A DNA stretch of 64,000 bases. Source: Spirochaetota bacterium (lineage in GTDB: Bacteria; Spirochaetota; UBA4802; UBA5550). Every line of letters starts with the position of its first letter. Position 1 is the first letter of the stretch. Under the pieces are notes generated by a model. That model was not told the origin of the DNA and did not search any database. It saw only the letters and a program-made list of their open reading frames with translations. The stretch lies in contig CAXXHB010000003.1 in the NCBI GenBank assembly GCA_963664815.2, forward strand, positions 224,001-288,000, read 5' to 3'. The position numbers and the translations under genes were made by a program. Below, piece by piece: positions 60,630-64,000 of the stretch.

Positions 60630-62339
60630 TTAAAACTTTTCGTACCCATCCTGTTCCGGGCTGTATTTTTTTTGAGATGATTTTTTTTCATCACTCTTTT
60701 CCTGCTTTTTTAAAGTTCCTTTTGTCTGAAGTCCATGTATGTGAATCTCTTTACGTTTTGTAATGATATTAGTATCAATTAAACTATCCCGTATTTTAAA
60801 CTTCTGAACCATGGAGAGAAGTTCCTGTGCCTGGTTTGACATCTCTTCGCTTGCAGCTGCTGTTTCTTCAACAAGTGAGGCATTCTGTTGTGTCATTGAA
60901 TCCATTTCATTAACGGCAGTTGTTATCTGTTCTATCCCTCTGCTCTGCTCGTCACTTGATGCGGCAATCTCGGAGATAATATCCTTGACCTGTTTCGCTG
61001 AAATAATTATGTCTTTCAGAGCTTCACCGCTCTTATTGACAAAATTCGTCCCTTCATCGATCTTACTGATTGAATCTTTTATCAGGGTGTCTATCTCTTT
61101 TGCTGCGCCGGCTGATCTCTGTGCTAAATTCCGGACTTCACCGGCAACTACTGCAAAACCGCGCCCCTGCTCTCCGGCTCTGGCTGCTTCTACCGCCGCA
61201 TTCAGCGCAAGAAGGTTTGTCTGAAATGAAATTTCGTTTATCATATTAATTATTTCAGATATTTTTTTACTGGAATTATTAATTTCACCAATTGAAAGAA
61301 CTGCTTTTTCCACAATATGTCCCCCTTCTACAGCCAGCCTGGAAGATGTTTCTGAAAGAGAATTGGCATCTCTGGCGTTACCTGCATTCTGCTTTGTCGA
61401 GGCATTTGCCTGTTCGACAGTTGCGGCAATCTCCTCAAGTGAGGATGCCTGCTCGGATGTTCTCTGTGAGAGGTTTTCATTTCCTGATGCAATCTCCTCA
61501 ACTACTCTAACAAGATTCTGCGAAGCCAGTATTATATCTGAAATCAGTTTTTCAAGATTATCAGCGGATAAATTGAGAGCTTTGCCAAGCTGGCCAAGTT
61601 CATCTTTCTGGTTGAGGTCTATTCTTTCAAGAAAATTTCCTTCTGCAATCAGTTCTGCAAAAGCGAGGCCCTTATTAACTGGTACAGAAACAGATTTTGA
61701 AAGAATAAATGTAATGAACGCACCCAGAATAATTGAGAAAATAAGCATGATTGAGATAAAGATTTTAGCTGTTTTTGATTTACTATCCTGTTCAGTTTTT
61801 ATCTTGTTCGCTTCTCTTCCCTGCAGTTCAATCAGGTCTGCGAGAATTTTACTTCCGTCAGAATGGCTGATCATCCAGCTGTTGAGGTATTTTATACTTT
61901 CAGTGGTATTTCCTTTTGAGATCTCTTCATCAAATTTAATACGTTTGGATACACCTTCTTTTACAACAGAGTTAAAATGAGCTATAATTTTATTTTCCTC
62001 ATCAGTCATTGTTGTTGCCATATAATTTTTAAGATGTTTTTTATACTCTTCTATTACGGGGATATTATCATTTAAATATTTTTTTTCTCCAGCTAGATCT
62101 TTTTTTTCTGCAGCAACCTGCTGTAATATCATATTTGCTTTTAATTGTAAAAAAGATTCCTGTATCCCGTCAAGTTCTACTACAGCAAGAAATCTGTCTT
62201 TGTAGAAAGTATCGAAATCTTTATCGGAGCTATCAATATTTAAATAACTTTTTGTTGATATCCCCAGAGTAATAAGAAGAAGTATTGTGCACGACAGCAT
62301 TACTTTAGCAGAAATTTTAAGATCGTTAAACCATTTCAT
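60630..62339 (-). CDS. Methyl-accepting chemotaxis protein (four-helix-bundle sensor, HAMP)
   Basis: [12 protein letters not shown], two TM helices, [39 protein letters not shown]-terminal GYEKF. Confidence 0.95.
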   Translation of the reverse strand: MKWFNDLKISAKVMLSCTILLLITLGISTKSYLNIDSSDKDFDTFYKDRFLAVVELDGIQESFLQLKANMILQQVAAEKKDLAGEKKYLNDNIPVIEEYKKHLKNYMATTMTDEENKIIAHFNSVVKEGVSKRIKFDEEISKGNTTESIKYLNSWMISHSDGSKILADLIELQGREANKIKTEQDSKSKTAKIFISIMLIFSIILGAFITFILSKSVSVPVNKGLAFAELIAEGNFLERIDLNQKDELGQLGKALNLSADNLEKLISDIILASQNLVRVVEEIASGNENLSQRTSEQASSLEEIAATVEQANASTKQNAGNARDANSLSETSSRLAVEGGHIVEKAVLSIGEINNSSKKISEIINMINEISFQTNLLALNAAVEAARAGEQGRGFAVVAGEVRNLAQRSAGAAKEIDTLIKDSISKIDEGTNFVNKSGEALKDIIISAKQVKDIISEIAASSDEQSRGIEQITTAVNEMDSMTQQNASLVEETAAASEEMSNQAQELLSMVQKFKIRDSLIDTNIITKRKEIHIHGLQTKGTLKKQEKSDEKKSSQKKYSPEQDGYEKF

Positions 62340-62423
62340 TCATTTACCTCATTTATTATAGGGGAAATTACTTTCATTGTAACGATGAAAACTGTATTTT
62401 TTATTTATACTCAGAATTGTGTT

Positions 62424-64000
62424 TTAAAACTTTTCGTACCCATCCTGTTCCGGAGTGTATTTTTTTTCAGTTGTTATTTTTACTTCAGATTTTATTTCAC
62501 TCTTTACCGGTTTTTTTACTATTGCTTTAGCCTGCTGAAGATTGCTTAAATGAATCTCTTTATGTTTCGTAGCTGCTGCAGTTGACATTAAACTGTCACG
62601 GATTTTAAACTGCTGAACCATGGAGAGAAGCTCCTGCGCCTGGTTTGACATCTCTTCGCTGGCTGCTGCAGTCTCTTCAACAAGCGCGGCATTCTGCTGA
62701 GTCATTGAATCCATTTCATTAACTGCAGTTGTTATCTGTTCTATACCTCTGCTCTGTTCGTCGCTAGATGCTGCAATCTCAGCGATAATCTCCTTGACCT
62801 GTTTTACAGAGAGTATTATCTCTTTCAGGGCGTTGCCACTTTTATTTACAAGATCGGTACCCTCACCTATCTTACTGATTGAGTCTTTAATAAGGGAGTC
62901 GATCTCTTTTGCCGCTCCGGCTGATCTCTGAGCGAGATTGCGGACTTCACCTGCGACAACGGCAAAACCGCGCCCCTGGTCACCAGCCCTTGCAGCTTCA
63001 ACAGCCGCATTGAGTGCCAGCAGGTTTGTCTGAAAAGATATTTCATTTATCATATTGATTATTTCGGATATTTTCTTGCTCGAATTATTTATTTCACCAA
63101 TAGAAAGAACTGCTTTTTCGACAATGTGCCCGCCATCTACGGCAAGTTTTGATGATGTCTCTGCAAGAGTGTTGGCCTCGTTGGCGTTGCCGGCATTCTG
63201 TCTTGTAGATGCATTTGCTTCCTCTACGGTGGCGGCAATTTCTTCAAGGGATGATGCCTGTTCCGATGTTCTCTGTGAGAGATTTTCGTTTCCAGAAGCT
63301 ATCTCTTCAACAGCTCTTACAAGATTCTGGGATGCTATTATGATATCCGAGATAAGTTTTTCGAGGTTATCGGCAGATTTGTTCAGTTCTCTGCCCAGCT
63401 GCCCCAGTTCATCTTTCTGGTCAAGGTCTATTCTTTCAAGAAAATTTCCCTTTGCAATAAGCTCGGCGAATTTAAGTCCCTTTTTAACAGGACCGGAAAC
63501 TGATTTTGACAGGAGAATTGTAATTATTATACCAATGCCAAGAGATGCTAAGAGTAATACAAGAATTAGAATATTGGTTCTCATAATATTGCCGGCCTGC
63601 ATCTCCTGGATTTTTTTACCTTCCAGCATCTGTATTTCCACAAGTTTGGTAATTACCGCACCGGCAATATTAAAATCCTCAATATATTGATTGAGGTACT
63701 TTGCACTGTCAGCAGTATTATTTTTGGCAAGCGCTTCAGTAAATTTAGCTCTTGTGTCTGCTGCTATTTTTGCCTTGGCGCTGAAATCCTCAGCCAGTTT
63801 TTTTTCACTTTCCGGCATGGAAAGTGAGAGGAAATTATCTATATTTTTTTTGTACTCCTGGGCGATAACCTTAATTTCTGCATTCATTTTTTCAATATTA
63901 TTAAAATCTTTTTTTTCAGCTGAAGCCTGTTGTGACATCATGCTCAGTTTAATTTTCAGGATACTTGCATTAGCGTTGTCCAGGTTTAAAGCCGCCAGAA
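62424..64000 (-). CDS. Methyl-accepting chemotaxis protein, tandem paralog (5' end lies outside the window)
   Basis: Frame is open to the window edge ([22 protein letters not shown]); near-identical signalling domain and GYEKF tail. Confidence 0.95.
   Translation of the reverse strand, partial: LAALNLDNANASILKIKLSMMSQQASAEKKDFNNIEKMNAEIKVIAQEYKKNIDNFLSLSMPESEKKLAEDFSAKAKIAADTRAKFTEALAKNNTADSAKYLNQYIEDFNIAGAVITKLVEIQMLEGKKIQEMQAGNIMRTNILILVLLLASLGIGIIITILLSKSVSGPVKKGLKFAELIAKGNFLERIDLDQKDELGQLGRELNKSADNLEKLISDIIIASQNLVRAVEEIASGNENLSQRTSEQASSLEEIAATVEEANASTRQNAGNANEANTLAETSSKLAVDGGHIVEKAVLSIGEINNSSKKISEIINMINEISFQTNLLALNAAVEAARAGDQGRGFAVVAGEVRNLAQRSAGAAKEIDSLIKDSISKIGEGTDLVNKSGNALKEIILSVKQVKEIIAEIAASSDEQSRGIEQITTAVNEMDSMTQQNAALVEETAAASEEMSNQAQELLSMVQQFKIRDSLMSTAAATKHKEIHLSNLQQAKAIVKKPVKSEIKSEVKITTEKKYTPEQDGYEKF

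Noticed and set aside
134-63690. Numerous 60-211 aa ORFs antisense to or overlapping the large genes (e.g. 1084..1719, 26149..26634, 61363..61980, 63055..63690)
   Set aside because: They are shadow frames of well-supported genes and show no motifs of their own.
1-64000. CRISPR array, tRNA/rRNA, transposase, integrase, prophage, reverse transcriptase/DGR
   Set aside because: No regularly spaced repeats, cloverleafs or diagnostic motifs were seen by eye. The repeats present are explained by paralogous PAS, kinase and MCP domains.

Overview
A low-GC (roughly 40% by eye) bacterial chromosomal segment. Gene content suggests an anaerobic, chemotactic diderm, probably a free-living Spirochaetota; this is inference only. 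Bases 1-29.2 kb are an unbroken plus-strand signal-transduction island of 13 genes: hybrid and HisKA_2 histidine kinases with many PAS domains, PocR/GAF/periplasmic-binding sensors, an HPt, two Rcp1-like receivers and a diguanylate cyclase, but no DNA-binding response regulator. The rest is mixed housekeeping and signalling: two SpoIIE/PP2C phosphatases, a STAS protein, a TPR protein plus lipoprotein, class II RNR nrdJ, sahR-ahcY with a palindromic operator, DUF2157/GDYXXLXY, an LhgO-like and Ldh_2 pair, a SpoVK-type AAA ATPase, a degenerate HD-GYP protein and three MCPs. I saw no rRNA, tRNA, CRISPR array, transposase or phage gene. The best candidates for new biology are chemoreceptor-type methylation helices inside cytoplasmic kinases, several signalling proteins with degenerate catalytic motifs, poly-G tracts in two kinases, a SahR operator, a possible LolB-like lipoprotein and two unannotated microproteins. 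All domain calls come from motif recognition, not database searches.
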